Assembly (NCBI RefSeq): GCF_040513095.1
Contig: NZ_JBEVDX010000035.1
Coordinates: forward strand, 13,768-77,767
DNA: 64,000 nt
Source of the DNA: Pedobacter sp.
Lineage (GTDB): Bacteria > Bacteroidota > Bacteroidia > Sphingobacteriales > Sphingobacteriaceae
Direction: 5' to 3'
Below the pieces are notes generated by a model, which had not been told where the DNA came from, did no database searches, and saw only the letters and a list, made by a program, of their open reading frames with translations. Below are positions 40,753 to 48,967 of this stretch, in pieces. Position numbers and translations under genes: made by a program. Positions within the stretch are counted from its first letter, which is position 1. Each line of letters opens with the position of its first letter.

Positions 40753-40983
40753 CGGCTGCTCCCTCAATACTTTGCTACTTATTTAGACAAGTTGTGGAGA
40801 TCCTCCACACCAGTATTTTAGTTGGACAAAATTAAATATCTGATAGTCAGGTTTTTGGGTTTTGTGCCAAACATGGCATTATTATGCGACAATCCTAAAC
40901 GAATTAAATAATTAAAATATTAAACGAGTCGGCTGAGTATCCAGATCTATCAGGACATCCGGTCACAATAAATAACAGACATC

Positions 40984-41295
40984 ATGAAAAATTTCATCTT
41001 AACAGCAACAGTATTAGCATTCGCAGGTATATCAACAGTTAAAGCATCAGAAGCTAAAACTCCGGCGGCAATTTCTGTACAGCAGGATAGCACCCAGAAA
41101 GTACCTGTTAAACTTGAAGAATTACCTGCACCTGTAACAACAACTTTAAAAGCTGATGCGTATAAAGAGTGGACACCAACAGCCGCTTTTCTAGTAACCA
41201 ATGCAGACAAAACACAGTATTACCATATTGATGTGAAAAAAGGTACTGAAGTAGCCTTTATCAAAATCACCAAGGATGGTGTTGTAGTTCAATAA
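40984..41295 (+). CDS. Small secreted protein, possibly PepSY-like
   Basis: Signal peptide; 103 aa; followed by a strong terminator. Confidence 0.5.
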   Translation: MKNFILTATVLAFAGISTVKASEAKTPAAISVQQDSTQKVPVKLEELPAPVTTTLKADAYKEWTPTAAFLVTNADKTQYYHIDVKKGTEVAFIKITKDGVVVQ

Positions 41296-41325
41296 GCCTC
41301 ATATCAACCATTTCATACAATGAAA

Positions 41326-41351
41326 GAAGCCGGATTTATCCGGCTTTTTTT
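41326..41351 (+). terminator. Intrinsic terminator
   Basis: AGCCGGA-TTTA-TCCGGCT hairpin followed by T7. Confidence 0.85.
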
Positions 41352-41383
41352 GTGTAAAAAGGTTTTTTGTTATTAACATTAAT

Positions 41384-41560
41384 TGTGGATAACATTAATA
41401 AATAGTTTAAGTACAGCGGTTTGCAGTGTGTATAAAGTTCAGGATATTCAAACGTGATTTCAACAATTGGCAAAATCATAAGGTCTATTCCCGCTTATAG
41501 ACTTGTTTTCCACATTATTTGTTGATAACCTGTTGATAGGCATCAAATAATTGTGGATAG
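41384..41560. other. Cluster of six DnaA-box-like 9-mers in non-coding DNA
   Basis: TGTGGATAA at 41384 (perfect), TGTGTATAA at 41427, TTTTCCACA at 41506, TGTTGATAA at 41520, TGTTGATAG at 41531 and TGTGGATAG at 41552. Confidence 0.55.
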
Positions 41561-41605
41561 CTGTTCATATATATTTGTTTGGCTAAATTTTCAAATTCTG
41601 CAAAG

Positions 41606-41641
41606 CAAAAACGCCAGTCCCTGGGGAACCGGCGTTTTTTG
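41606..41641. terminator. Bidirectional intrinsic terminator
   Basis: AAAACGCC...GGCGTTTT hairpin flanked by an A-run and a T-run, 22 nt downstream of the minus-strand gene that ends at 41663. Confidence 0.7.
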
Positions 41642-41662
41642 CAATTGTGTGTGTGTTTTATT

Positions 41663-42238
41663 TTAGTGACCGCGACCACCTCTGTTGTCCTGGCGGTTGT
41701 CATTTCCTTTACCATTATTTTTACCGGCATTGTTATTTTTAGCCGGAGTATTACGGTTGGTGGTATTGTTCCTTACAGTAGTATTTCTAACTGTGGTAGT
41801 TCTTACATTGGTATTGCCTCTGCCGTTATTGTTTCTTGCATTTACATACCTGGCATCTTTGCTGTCCCTGATATTACCTTGTTTTCCTTTAGTACCTTTG
41901 TATTTGCTGTACTCCCTGACATGTGTCTGGTGAGACAGGTAAGGTTTAGGTGTATTCATCACTACTTTGTAGGAATTGTACAGGTCAAAATTGCTGTATT
42001 GTGATGGCAGGCTATTTCTCCAGATCCAGCTTCCATTATTTAAATATACATATTGCTGAGCCGGCACATTGTAATAGGCATCTACATCTGGCAGGTAGTA
42101 GTAGTCTACATGGTCATAACCGGTAGGGCCCCATTGTGGTTGTGATCCTATATTGATATTTAAACTTACCTGCGCTTTAGTGCTTATGCTGCTTAACGAA
42201 GCTACTCCGAAGATGACAGCTAAAATAATTCTTTTCAT
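41663..42238 (-). CDS. Secreted protein of unknown function with an Asn/Arg/Thr/Gly-rich low-complexity C-terminal tail
   Basis: Signal peptide (SSISTKAQ), a Tyr/Trp-rich globular N-terminal half and a repetitive basic tail of about 70 aa. Confidence 0.6.
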   Translation of the reverse strand: MKRIILAVIFGVASLSSISTKAQVSLNINIGSQPQWGPTGYDHVDYYYLPDVDAYYNVPAQQYVYLNNGSWIWRNSLPSQYSNFDLYNSYKVVMNTPKPYLSHQTHVREYSKYKGTKGKQGNIRDSKDARYVNARNNNGRGNTNVRTTTVRNTTVRNNTTNRNTPAKNNNAGKNNGKGNDNRQDNRGGRGH

Positions 42239-42416
42239 TGTTGTTTGTGTGTTAGTTGTGTAGTCTATTCCAAACGGGGTGCCGAAAAGAACGAACTCTC
42301 AGACAGAATCTGCCAATAGCAGGATTGTGCCGACCAAAAGGCTGTTCACGTCGCCCCCGGATCAAAAAGTACCGACAAAGGGACCTGTCAGAGATTGTTT
42401 TCTGAATTGATTTTTA

Positions 42417-42424
42417 TAATTTTG
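42417..42424 (+). promoter_or_regulatory. TAnnTTTG -7 motif (TAATTTTG) with TTG 19 nt upstream
   Basis: Exact -7 motif, with TTG at 42395-42397. The G of the motif lies 5 nt before the A of the NUDIX ATG. Confidence 0.5.
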
Positions 42425-42428
42425 AAAG

Positions 42429-42848
42429 ATGATAGACGTAACCTGCGCACTGATTATAGGTCATAAAGGGAAAATTCTGGTCGCACAAAGAAGTTCGTCC
42501 ATGCGTCTGCCCTTAAAATGGGAGTTTCCGGGAGGTAAGGTAGAAGCAGGTGAGGAGGCCGGGGAATGCCTGCTGCGTGAGATTGCTGAGGAACTGAATG
42601 TAGAGGTAGAAATTATCCGTGCAATGCTGCCTTCTGAACACGACAATGGTCAGCAGGCAATCCGCTTAATTCCATTTATCTGCCGGATAAAAAGCGGGGA
42701 CATCCAACTGACAGAACATGCTGCGATTGTCTGGCTTGAGCCGGAGAAACTGGATACACTTGATTGGGCTGAAGCGGATATTCCGGTTGTTCAGCAATAT
42801 CTTGCCGGCTTTCATCCGTTTAAAATATCTCCATCATCTGAAAACTAA
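42429..42848 (+). CDS. mutT: NUDIX hydrolase (MutT-like 8-oxo-dGTP diphosphatase)
   Basis: Nudix box GGKVEAGEEAGECLLREIAEELN. Confidence 0.85.
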   Translation: MIDVTCALIIGHKGKILVAQRSSSMRLPLKWEFPGGKVEAGEEAGECLLREIAEELNVEVEIIRAMLPSEHDNGQQAIRLIPFICRIKSGDIQLTEHAAIVWLEPEKLDTLDWAEADIPVVQQYLAGFHPFKISPSSEN

Positions 42849-42885
42849 TTGATCAAAGTCTTGTTCTAAGTAAAAATCTAAATTT

Positions 42886-43071
42886 ATGAACTCTTTTTTC
42901 AAAACTATCATTGCAGGCTGGGGAGCCAAAAAATTAGGCGGCGGCTGTTTATCTACGATACTTATTTTTGTATTGATTTATGTGGCACTGGGACAATGCA
43001 GCAGAACACCTCAACGTACCGGACAATTGCAGAAAGCTGCTCCGGCAAGCCATAACATACAAAGAGGCTAG
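42886..43071 (+). CDS. Small membrane protein, hypothetical
   Basis: 61 aa with one TM helix; the only ORF in the gap. Confidence 0.4.
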   Translation: MNSFFKTIIAGWGAKKLGGGCLSTILIFVLIYVALGQCSRTPQRTGQLQKAAPASHNIQRG

Positions 43072-43086
43072 GACTATAAAATAAGA

Positions 43087-43118
43087 AACGGGGAACATCC
43101 AGGCGGATGATCCCCGTT
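43087..43118. terminator. Extended hairpin between convergent genes
   Basis: The arms AACGGGGA-A-CATCC and GGATG-A-TCCCCGTT pair around an AGGC tetraloop. An A-rich run lies on the left, giving a T-run for minus-strand transcripts. Confidence 0.55.
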
Positions 43119-43191
43119 ATCTAATTAACGCTCTCGTATATAAGACGCTTAAATATGCTGTTTATTGTGTAAGCTGAAAAATACTTTAAAA

Positions 43192-44088
43192 TCAGTTGGC
43201 GCGGAATGAAGCTGTTGGTTTAGCCAGTTCATATTTTATCCAGAAATCGGAGGATTTACTACCGGCGCCGGAACGCTCAGCATCCATACCACCGTGCATG
43301 CCTCCGCCTGGCCTGCCTCCGCCTCCACCATGAGGCATACCTCCACCTCCGCCCATACCGCCGCCCATTCTTCCGCTACCCATACCGCCGGATCTTCCTC
43401 CACCTTCAGGCGGACGTTTTCCACTCTCAGGGTGCTCAGGCCTGTTTGAAGCATTCATTTTGATGTTATAGGCGATAGCTTTGCCTTCATTACCTTTTAA
43501 TTCCAGCAGTGCAAGCGGAATCGACAGTTCACAGATATAATCTCTCTGTTTATTAAATGCCGCGGCTATCTGTATCCCCTCTTTGTTAGGAACAGGAAGT
43601 GCCCCATCCGGAATTTGACTGAAACCCGAAACCTGGATCGCAGTTACTCCCGGAGCATGCTCAGGATTGGGATGATGTATCATTTCCGGTTCAGGATGCT
43701 GTACCGAATCGCTTTGTCCTGAATGTGGCGGGGGAGGTTGCTGCATTCCAAGGAAATTAAGTTTTATGCCATCTTTCTTTTTTCCGGCCGTATTGATATT
43801 TAAAGTGAGTCCGCCTCTCAGTAATTTTCCTGTAGTTGCAGCATCGAGTGATTCAATGATGAGATACAGGTTTTGCTGGTCGTTGGCCAGTGCAAAAGCG
43901 AGCTGGGTTGGTGTATTGTAGTTATTCAAAGGTTCATGCCATTCCGAAGAATTGCCGTCCACTACCACAGGCTGCGGCATCCACAGATTTACATCTTCAT
44001 CGGGATCTGCATGCTGTGCGAGCGCTTTTTCCGCAGAAAGACCGGCCAGGCTGATGAGCATTAAGCCGAATATGATTTTCTTATTCAT
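43192..44088 (-). CDS. Secreted protein of unknown function with a His/Pro-rich linker and a Gly/Met/His-rich C-terminal repeat region
   Basis: Signal peptide (ALAQ), an N-terminal beta-rich domain (VVDGNSSEW) and the repeat GGMGSGRMGGGMGGGGGMPHGGGGGRPGGGMHGGM. Confidence 0.6.
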   Translation of the reverse strand: MNKKIIFGLMLISLAGLSAEKALAQHADPDEDVNLWMPQPVVVDGNSSEWHEPLNNYNTPTQLAFALANDQQNLYLIIESLDAATTGKLLRGGLTLNINTAGKKKDGIKLNFLGMQQPPPPHSGQSDSVQHPEPEMIHHPNPEHAPGVTAIQVSGFSQIPDGALPVPNKEGIQIAAAFNKQRDYICELSIPLALLELKGNEGKAIAYNIKMNASNRPEHPESGKRPPEGGGRSGGMGSGRMGGGMGGGGGMPHGGGGGRPGGGMHGGMDAERSGAGSKSSDFWIKYELAKPTASFRAN

Positions 44089-44293
44089 TTTGATAGGGCA
44101 GGAGACAATCTGCGAAGTAAAATTATCTGATCAGGCACTGACTTTTAAGATTTTAACATTCTTTAACGGTTGCCGGGGCATTTAACCAATTGTGCCTGCT
44201 CAGACAGCGTTTGAATTAAGTTCATTATTATTCCAGAAGTATTTGTGTGATTTTCAGGTAATGTTTCTAAATTTAGGTTTTAACGTCTCTGCT

Positions 44294-46438
44294 ATGAAAT
44301 CACGCTGTTTCCTCCTTTTATTCCTGTTTACCTTCAGTGCATTTGCCCAGCAAAAGGGCAGGATTTTAGTAACCGATCTTTACCAGATCAGGACTGCCTC
44401 GAATATCAGGTTTTCTCCTGACGGGAAATGGTATGTGTACAGTGTGCAGGCAATTGTTCCAAACGAGGATAAAAACGGAGAATACGACTACCAGTATCAG
44501 TGGTTTCTTGCGCCGGCAGATCAGCGTACCCCGCCAAGGGCGATCACAAATAATAAAGAAAACACTGCGGGAGCCTGCTGGTCTGCTGACGGGAAACAGT
44601 TGTTTTTTGCAAGGATGATCAAGGGTAAACCGCAGTTGTTCAGCCTGCCGCTGAATGGGGGCGAAGCCAGGCAACTGACAGATTTCCGGTATGGTGCGGG
44701 CAGTCCGGCGGTAAGCCCTGATGGTAAAGTCCTGATTTTTTCTGCTTCCCTCAGCACTGAGGAACTACTGAAAGATTCAGTATTAAATGCGGATAAAAAG
44801 GCACCTTTGTGGAACGCCGAAAAACCTGGAATGACTACAGATGACATGTATCGGAATACTGCTAAAGGTAATGCTGACGGTACACTGCAGGAAATCAGAA
44901 CCTATCTGCTGCAGAATGAAAAAGATAAAAAAGCCAAAGTATTTAACAGGCTGAATTTCCAGGGTGAAGCTGCTACAAACCCGGAACTGCGCTATACACA
45001 TTTGTTTAGCCTGTCGCTGCTGAAAGCAGATGCTGTTCCGGTCGCGCTGACCGGTGGTTATTACAGCTATAGCCTGGGCGACATCAGTCCGGATAGTAAA
45101 TATGTACTGATTAATGCAGATCTGAATGTTTCCCTGCATCCGGACAGGTCTCAGGAATCTGCTATCTACCGCCTGCCGGTTATTGGCGGAACACCGGAGT
45201 TACTGCTCAGTGAACCGGATTACCGCTATACTGCAGCCAGCATTTCTCCTGACGGAAAATGGATGAGTTATCAGACCCAGCCTGCTAACGGAGTAAACAT
45301 CAGCAGGACATTTATTTATAATTTTGCAAGTAAAGAAAAGACCGCTATTGTCCTTGACCGTAATCTGGATGCGCTTACCTGGAGTCCGGATAATAAATAC
45401 CTTTACTTTTTGGCGCAGTCCAATGGGGGAAATGTACTGCACAGATACAATCTTTCGGGTAAATCAGTAGCTCGCCTTTCTGACTTTGATAGCGGTATTA
45501 CATCTTTTGATATCAGCAAATCCCAGTTGGTTTACGCTAAACTTGGTGTTGCCGATCCTTCTGAAGTATATGCTGCAGACCTGCTGAATAAATCTCCTGA
45601 AGTGATTACTCAGCTGAATACAGGCTGGCTGGCAGCCAGGCAGCTGAGTTATCCGGTAAAAAAGACGTTCAAAAATGAACTGGGCATGGAAGTGGAGTAT
45701 TGGGTAATGAAACCTGCTGGTCTGGAAGCCGGGCGCAAATATCCTGTAATGCTGGAGATCCATGGTGGCCCTGCGGCAATGTGGGGGCCGGGGGAAGCGA
45801 GTATGTGGCACGAATTCCAATACTATTCAGGCATGGGATACGGTGTTGTTTACAGCAACCCGCGCGGATCTGGCGGATATGGTGAAGCTTTTTTACGCGG
45901 TAATGTGAAGGACTGGGGCGAAGGCCCGACGAAGGATGTCATCAAAGCACTGGACCTCACAATTGCTGAAGGATGGGCAGATACCACGCAACAGTTCATC
46001 ACCGGAGGATCTTACGCCGGTTACCTTACAGCCTGGATAGTTGGCCATACCAATAGGTTTAAGGCTGCCTGTGCGCAGCGCGGGGTATATGATCTCAGTA
46101 CATTTTTTGGTGAGGGCAATGCCTGGCGCCTGGTGCCCAATTACTTTGGCGGTTATCCCTGGGAAAGTTCAGTTGCTGGGCTCCTGCGGGCACAGTCACC
46201 ATTTACATTCGTCGATAAAATTCATACCCCCCTGATTATCTTTCATGGAGAAACCGACCTGCGTACAGGTGTTATCCAATCGGAAATGATGTATAAGGCG
46301 CTTAAGGTCCTCGGTCGTGATGTAGAATATGTAAGGCATCCCGGAGGTACGCATGAGCTGACACGCTCAGGGAACAACAGGCAGCGTGTAGACCAGATGC
46401 TGCGAACGATGGAATTCTTCGAACGTTATAAAAAATGA
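44294..46438 (+). CDS. S9 family serine peptidase (prolyl oligopeptidase / acylaminoacyl-peptidase-like) with an N-terminal beta-propeller
   Basis: Signal peptide after the internal ATG at 44294. WD40-like or TolB-like propeller repeats (SPDGK x5). Catalytic GGSYAGY, a downstream Asp, and His in HPGGTHE. Confidence 0.88.
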   Translation: MKSRCFLLLFLFTFSAFAQQKGRILVTDLYQIRTASNIRFSPDGKWYVYSVQAIVPNEDKNGEYDYQYQWFLAPADQRTPPRAITNNKENTAGACWSADGKQLFFARMIKGKPQLFSLPLNGGEARQLTDFRYGAGSPAVSPDGKVLIFSASLSTEELLKDSVLNADKKAPLWNAEKPGMTTDDMYRNTAKGNADGTLQEIRTYLLQNEKDKKAKVFNRLNFQGEAATNPELRYTHLFSLSLLKADAVPVALTGGYYSYSLGDISPDSKYVLINADLNVSLHPDRSQESAIYRLPVIGGTPELLLSEPDYRYTAASISPDGKWMSYQTQPANGVNISRTFIYNFASKEKTAIVLDRNLDALTWSPDNKYLYFLAQSNGGNVLHRYNLSGKSVARLSDFDSGITSFDISKSQLVYAKLGVADPSEVYAADLLNKSPEVITQLNTGWLAARQLSYPVKKTFKNELGMEVEYWVMKPAGLEAGRKYPVMLEIHGGPAAMWGPGEASMWHEFQYYSGMGYGVVYSNPRGSGGYGEAFLRGNVKDWGEGPTKDVIKALDLTIAEGWADTTQQFITGGSYAGYLTAWIVGHTNRFKAACAQRGVYDLSTFFGEGNAWRLVPNYFGGYPWESSVAGLLRAQSPFTFVDKIHTPLIIFHGETDLRTGVIQSEMMYKALKVLGRDVEYVRHPGGTHELTRSGNNRQRVDQMLRTMEFFERYKK

Positions 46439-47640
46439 TAAAGAATTTAGCTGCGGCTTACAAAGAATCATTTTCCGGACTAAGCCGCGAAACCTGGATA
46501 TTGAGCACAGTGATGTTTATTAACCGCTGCAGCAGTATGGCCGTGCCTTTCATGAGCCTGTACATGACGCAGTATCTGCACAGGCCAATGTCTGACGCCG
46601 GACTGATCATTGCACTTTTTGGGGCAGGCTCACTTGCAGGGGCTTCAGTAGGGGGCAAGCTCACTGATGTAATAGGGTTCAGCGCTGTACAGATCTATTC
46701 TTCCATTATTGGTGGGGTATTTTTTATCCTGTATTCAACCATTACTCATTTTGAACTGCTGTGTTTTTTTACCCTGCTCATCGGTTTTTTCTCCGAAGCA
46801 TTTAAACCCGCAAATTATGCTGCGATTACGGTTTATGCTGCTCCGGGCACAACTACCAGGTCCTTTTCGCTAAACAGGCTGGCCAATAATATGGGCTTTG
46901 CCATCGGCAGCAGCATCGGGGGAATGATTGCCTTTTTTAGCTATCCCCTGCTGTTCATTGTAGACGGGGGAGTGAGCATAATGGCGGGCATAGCTATTTT
47001 CTTCATGCTTCCCAACATAAAAAAGGCAGCAAAAACTGCTGCTGAAAAGATCATACAGTCTTCGGTTATCAAACCCTGGAAGGATGTTTTGTTCATGAAA
47101 TTTCTGCTGCTGAATATTTTGCTTACCATATGCTTCTTTCTCCTTTTCAGAGTGGTTCCGCTTTTCTATAAAGAAGTTTGGCATATCGATGAGTTTTGGA
47201 TCGGACTGATCCTGGGCATGAACGGCCTGATCATCGCCCTTTTTGAAATGGTTATGATCAGCAGAATAGAGAATAAACGATCACCTATCCAATATATCGT
47301 TATGGGGGTCCTGATGATTGCCCTAGCTTACTGTATACTGCTCCTGCCCGGGATCGTACCGGTAGTTGCTGCAGTAATGGTAACCATTACTTTTACCATC
47401 GGTGAAATGCTGGCCCTGCCTTTTATCAATACTTTTGTGATGAGCCGGACAACTGACCATAACAGAGGACAATATGCAGCAGGTTACACCATGAGCTGGT
47501 CCATTTCACAGGTGATCGGGCCTTCTGCCGGTTTTTACCTTGCAGAAATGTATGGCTATAACTGGCTATGGATCGGGCTGATACTTCTGCTCCTGTTATG
47601 TGCACTGGGATTTAAACTCCTCGGTCGGAATATGGACTAA
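46435..47640 (+). CDS. MFS transporter
   Basis: 401 aa with about 12 TM helices. ATGA overlap with the peptidase stop. Confidence 0.85.
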   Translation: MIKNLAAAYKESFSGLSRETWILSTVMFINRCSSMAVPFMSLYMTQYLHRPMSDAGLIIALFGAGSLAGASVGGKLTDVIGFSAVQIYSSIIGGVFFILYSTITHFELLCFFTLLIGFFSEAFKPANYAAITVYAAPGTTTRSFSLNRLANNMGFAIGSSIGGMIAFFSYPLLFIVDGGVSIMAGIAIFFMLPNIKKAAKTAAEKIIQSSVIKPWKDVLFMKFLLLNILLTICFFLLFRVVPLFYKEVWHIDEFWIGLILGMNGLIIALFEMVMISRIENKRSPIQYIVMGVLMIALAYCILLLPGIVPVVAAVMVTITFTIGEMLALPFINTFVMSRTTDHNRGQYAAGYTMSWSISQVIGPSAGFYLAEMYGYNWLWIGLILLLLLCALGFKLLGRNMD

Positions 47641-47706
47641 ATTTTGCTGTAAAAATGTGTTAACAACCAATAAAACAATAGCTCAAACCATTAAAAAAAG
47701 AACAAT

Positions 47707-48123
47707 ATGAAACGTAATGCAACAGCCGTTTGGAATGGCACCATCAAAGAAGGAAAAGGTACTTTAACCACTGACAGTACTGTGTTGAACGAAACTCAAT
47801 ATTCATTCGCCAGTCGTTTTGCTGATGGCATCGGTACCAATCCTGAAGAATTAATGGCAGCTGCCCATGCTGGCTGTTTTACCATGAAACTGAGCCTTGA
47901 CCTTACGGAAGCCGGTTTTAACCCTACTTCCCTGGAAACTAAAGCAACAATCACTTTAGATACAAACACAGGAACGATCACTACATCCAACCTGGTTCTG
48001 AAAGCAAGTATTCCTGATATCACAGAAGAGCAGTTTAAAGAAATCACTGCAGGTGCCAAAGCTAACTGTCCTGTAAGTAAAGCTTACAACCTGGACATCA
48101 CTTTAGATGCAACTTTGGTATAA
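47707..48123 (+). CDS. osmC: OsmC family peroxiredoxin
   Basis: 138 aa with GTNPEELMAAAHAGCF and ANCPVSKA (two conserved Cys). Confidence 0.9.
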   Translation: MKRNATAVWNGTIKEGKGTLTTDSTVLNETQYSFASRFADGIGTNPEELMAAAHAGCFTMKLSLDLTEAGFNPTSLETKATITLDTNTGTITTSNLVLKASIPDITEEQFKEITAGAKANCPVSKAYNLDITLDATLV

Positions 48124-48170
48124 ACCATGGTAAGCTACCGGTATAAACCCGGCAGCATCTTCTAGAAAAA

Positions 48171-48239
48171 AAGGCATATCTTATCCCGGCCTTCGTTGTT
48201 TTGCCTGCAAAATTATGCCGCCGGGATAAGATATGCCTT
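48171..48239. terminator. Perfect inverted repeat with 20-bp arms and a 29-nt loop; probable bidirectional terminator
   Basis: AAGGCATATCTTATCCCGGC at 48171-48190 is the exact reverse complement of 48220-48239. A7 lies upstream and T5 downstream, between convergent genes. Confidence 0.6.
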
Positions 48240-48260
48240 ATTTTTATAGATCTTTTGCGG

Positions 48261-48866
48261 TTACTTCATTGCAGCAATATCCCTGATCACCTGATCCAGC
48301 TCTTTCGCACTCTCATTGATCATACCGATAATATCCCCCAGTTCCGGCGTGATATCCATTGATTCCAGCAGATTACTTAATCCCATGATATTGGCCAGTG
48401 GTTTTCTTACTACGTGCGACTGTATATAATTGATTTCAGCCAGATTATACTGCGTTTTAGTCAGTGACTCCTTAGTATCCTTCAGTTCAGAGCTGTTCAG
48501 CACCAGTTCAGTGATATCATGCCCGATGCAAAACATTCCTCCTGGCAGATCATTTTTGTCAAAAATTGCCTTATACTCCCATTTTGTAGTCACATAGCCG
48601 CCATCGCCGTCATGTTTTCTTATAACGGCAGGAAATACCTTACCGGGATTCATAAAGGCCTGCTCAGAAACTGACTGACAGATTTTGGTATCCTCGGGAT
48701 GCATAGTTACCGAATAGTGCTGCCCGACAAGGTTACCATGTACATTGTTAAAGATTTTTTGATACCTCTTGTTGACATAGGAATAGTTACTGTCCATCCC
48801 TACGCTGATCAAATAATACATCGTAGAATCATCAAGTATCTGCTTTATTTCTTCAAAATCTGGCAT
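48261..48866 (-). CDS. PAS domain protein with a C-terminal HisKA-like helix and no ATPase domain
   Basis: PAS-like core, then an H-box-like SHVVRKPLANIMGLSNLL. The protein ends about 45 aa later. Start placed at the internal ATG at 48866. Confidence 0.65.
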   Translation of the reverse strand: MPDFEEIKQILDDSTMYYLISVGMDSNYSYVNKRYQKIFNNVHGNLVGQHYSVTMHPEDTKICQSVSEQAFMNPGKVFPAVIRKHDGDGGYVTTKWEYKAIFDKNDLPGGMFCIGHDITELVLNSSELKDTKESLTKTQYNLAEINYIQSHVVRKPLANIMGLSNLLESMDITPELGDIIGMINESAKELDQVIRDIAAMK

Positions 48867-48967
48867 AAAACGAATTGAGATATAATATTGGCAATCTGTA
48901 ATACACAATTAACATAAAATTGTTTGCGCAGCAGGTAATACAGTAGTTCTTTTGAGGAATCCGGGAA

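Noticed and set aside
40874-40888. A sigma-54-like element, TGGCAT-N5-TGC, upstream of the small secreted-protein gene.
   Set aside because: The GG-to-GC spacing is 11 nt rather than the required 12, and the -12 element is TGC rather than TTGC. No enhancer-binding protein is nearby.
41685-41933. Alternative-frame ORFs in low-complexity regions (41685-41933 + and 43236-43454 -).
   Set aside because: They are products of the repetitive Asn/Arg-coding and Gly/Met-coding DNA. The frames that carry N-terminal signal peptides and globular domains are the credible ones.
41515-42004. Track ORFs at 41515-41730 (-) and 41579-42004 (+) that would turn the DnaA-box region into coding sequence.
   Set aside because: They run through a terminator hairpin (41606-41641). 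They are otherwise antisense to, or out of frame with, the signal-peptide-bearing gene at 41663-42238, and their translations look like noise.
42260-42360. A possible riboswitch or small structured RNA in the region between 41663-42238 and the NUDIX gene.
   Set aside because: I could match it to no known riboswitch, SRP, 6S, tmRNA or RNase P core. Only a short CGGGG/CCCCG pairing and a 4-bp hairpin are visible. It is kept only as a direct-repeat observation.
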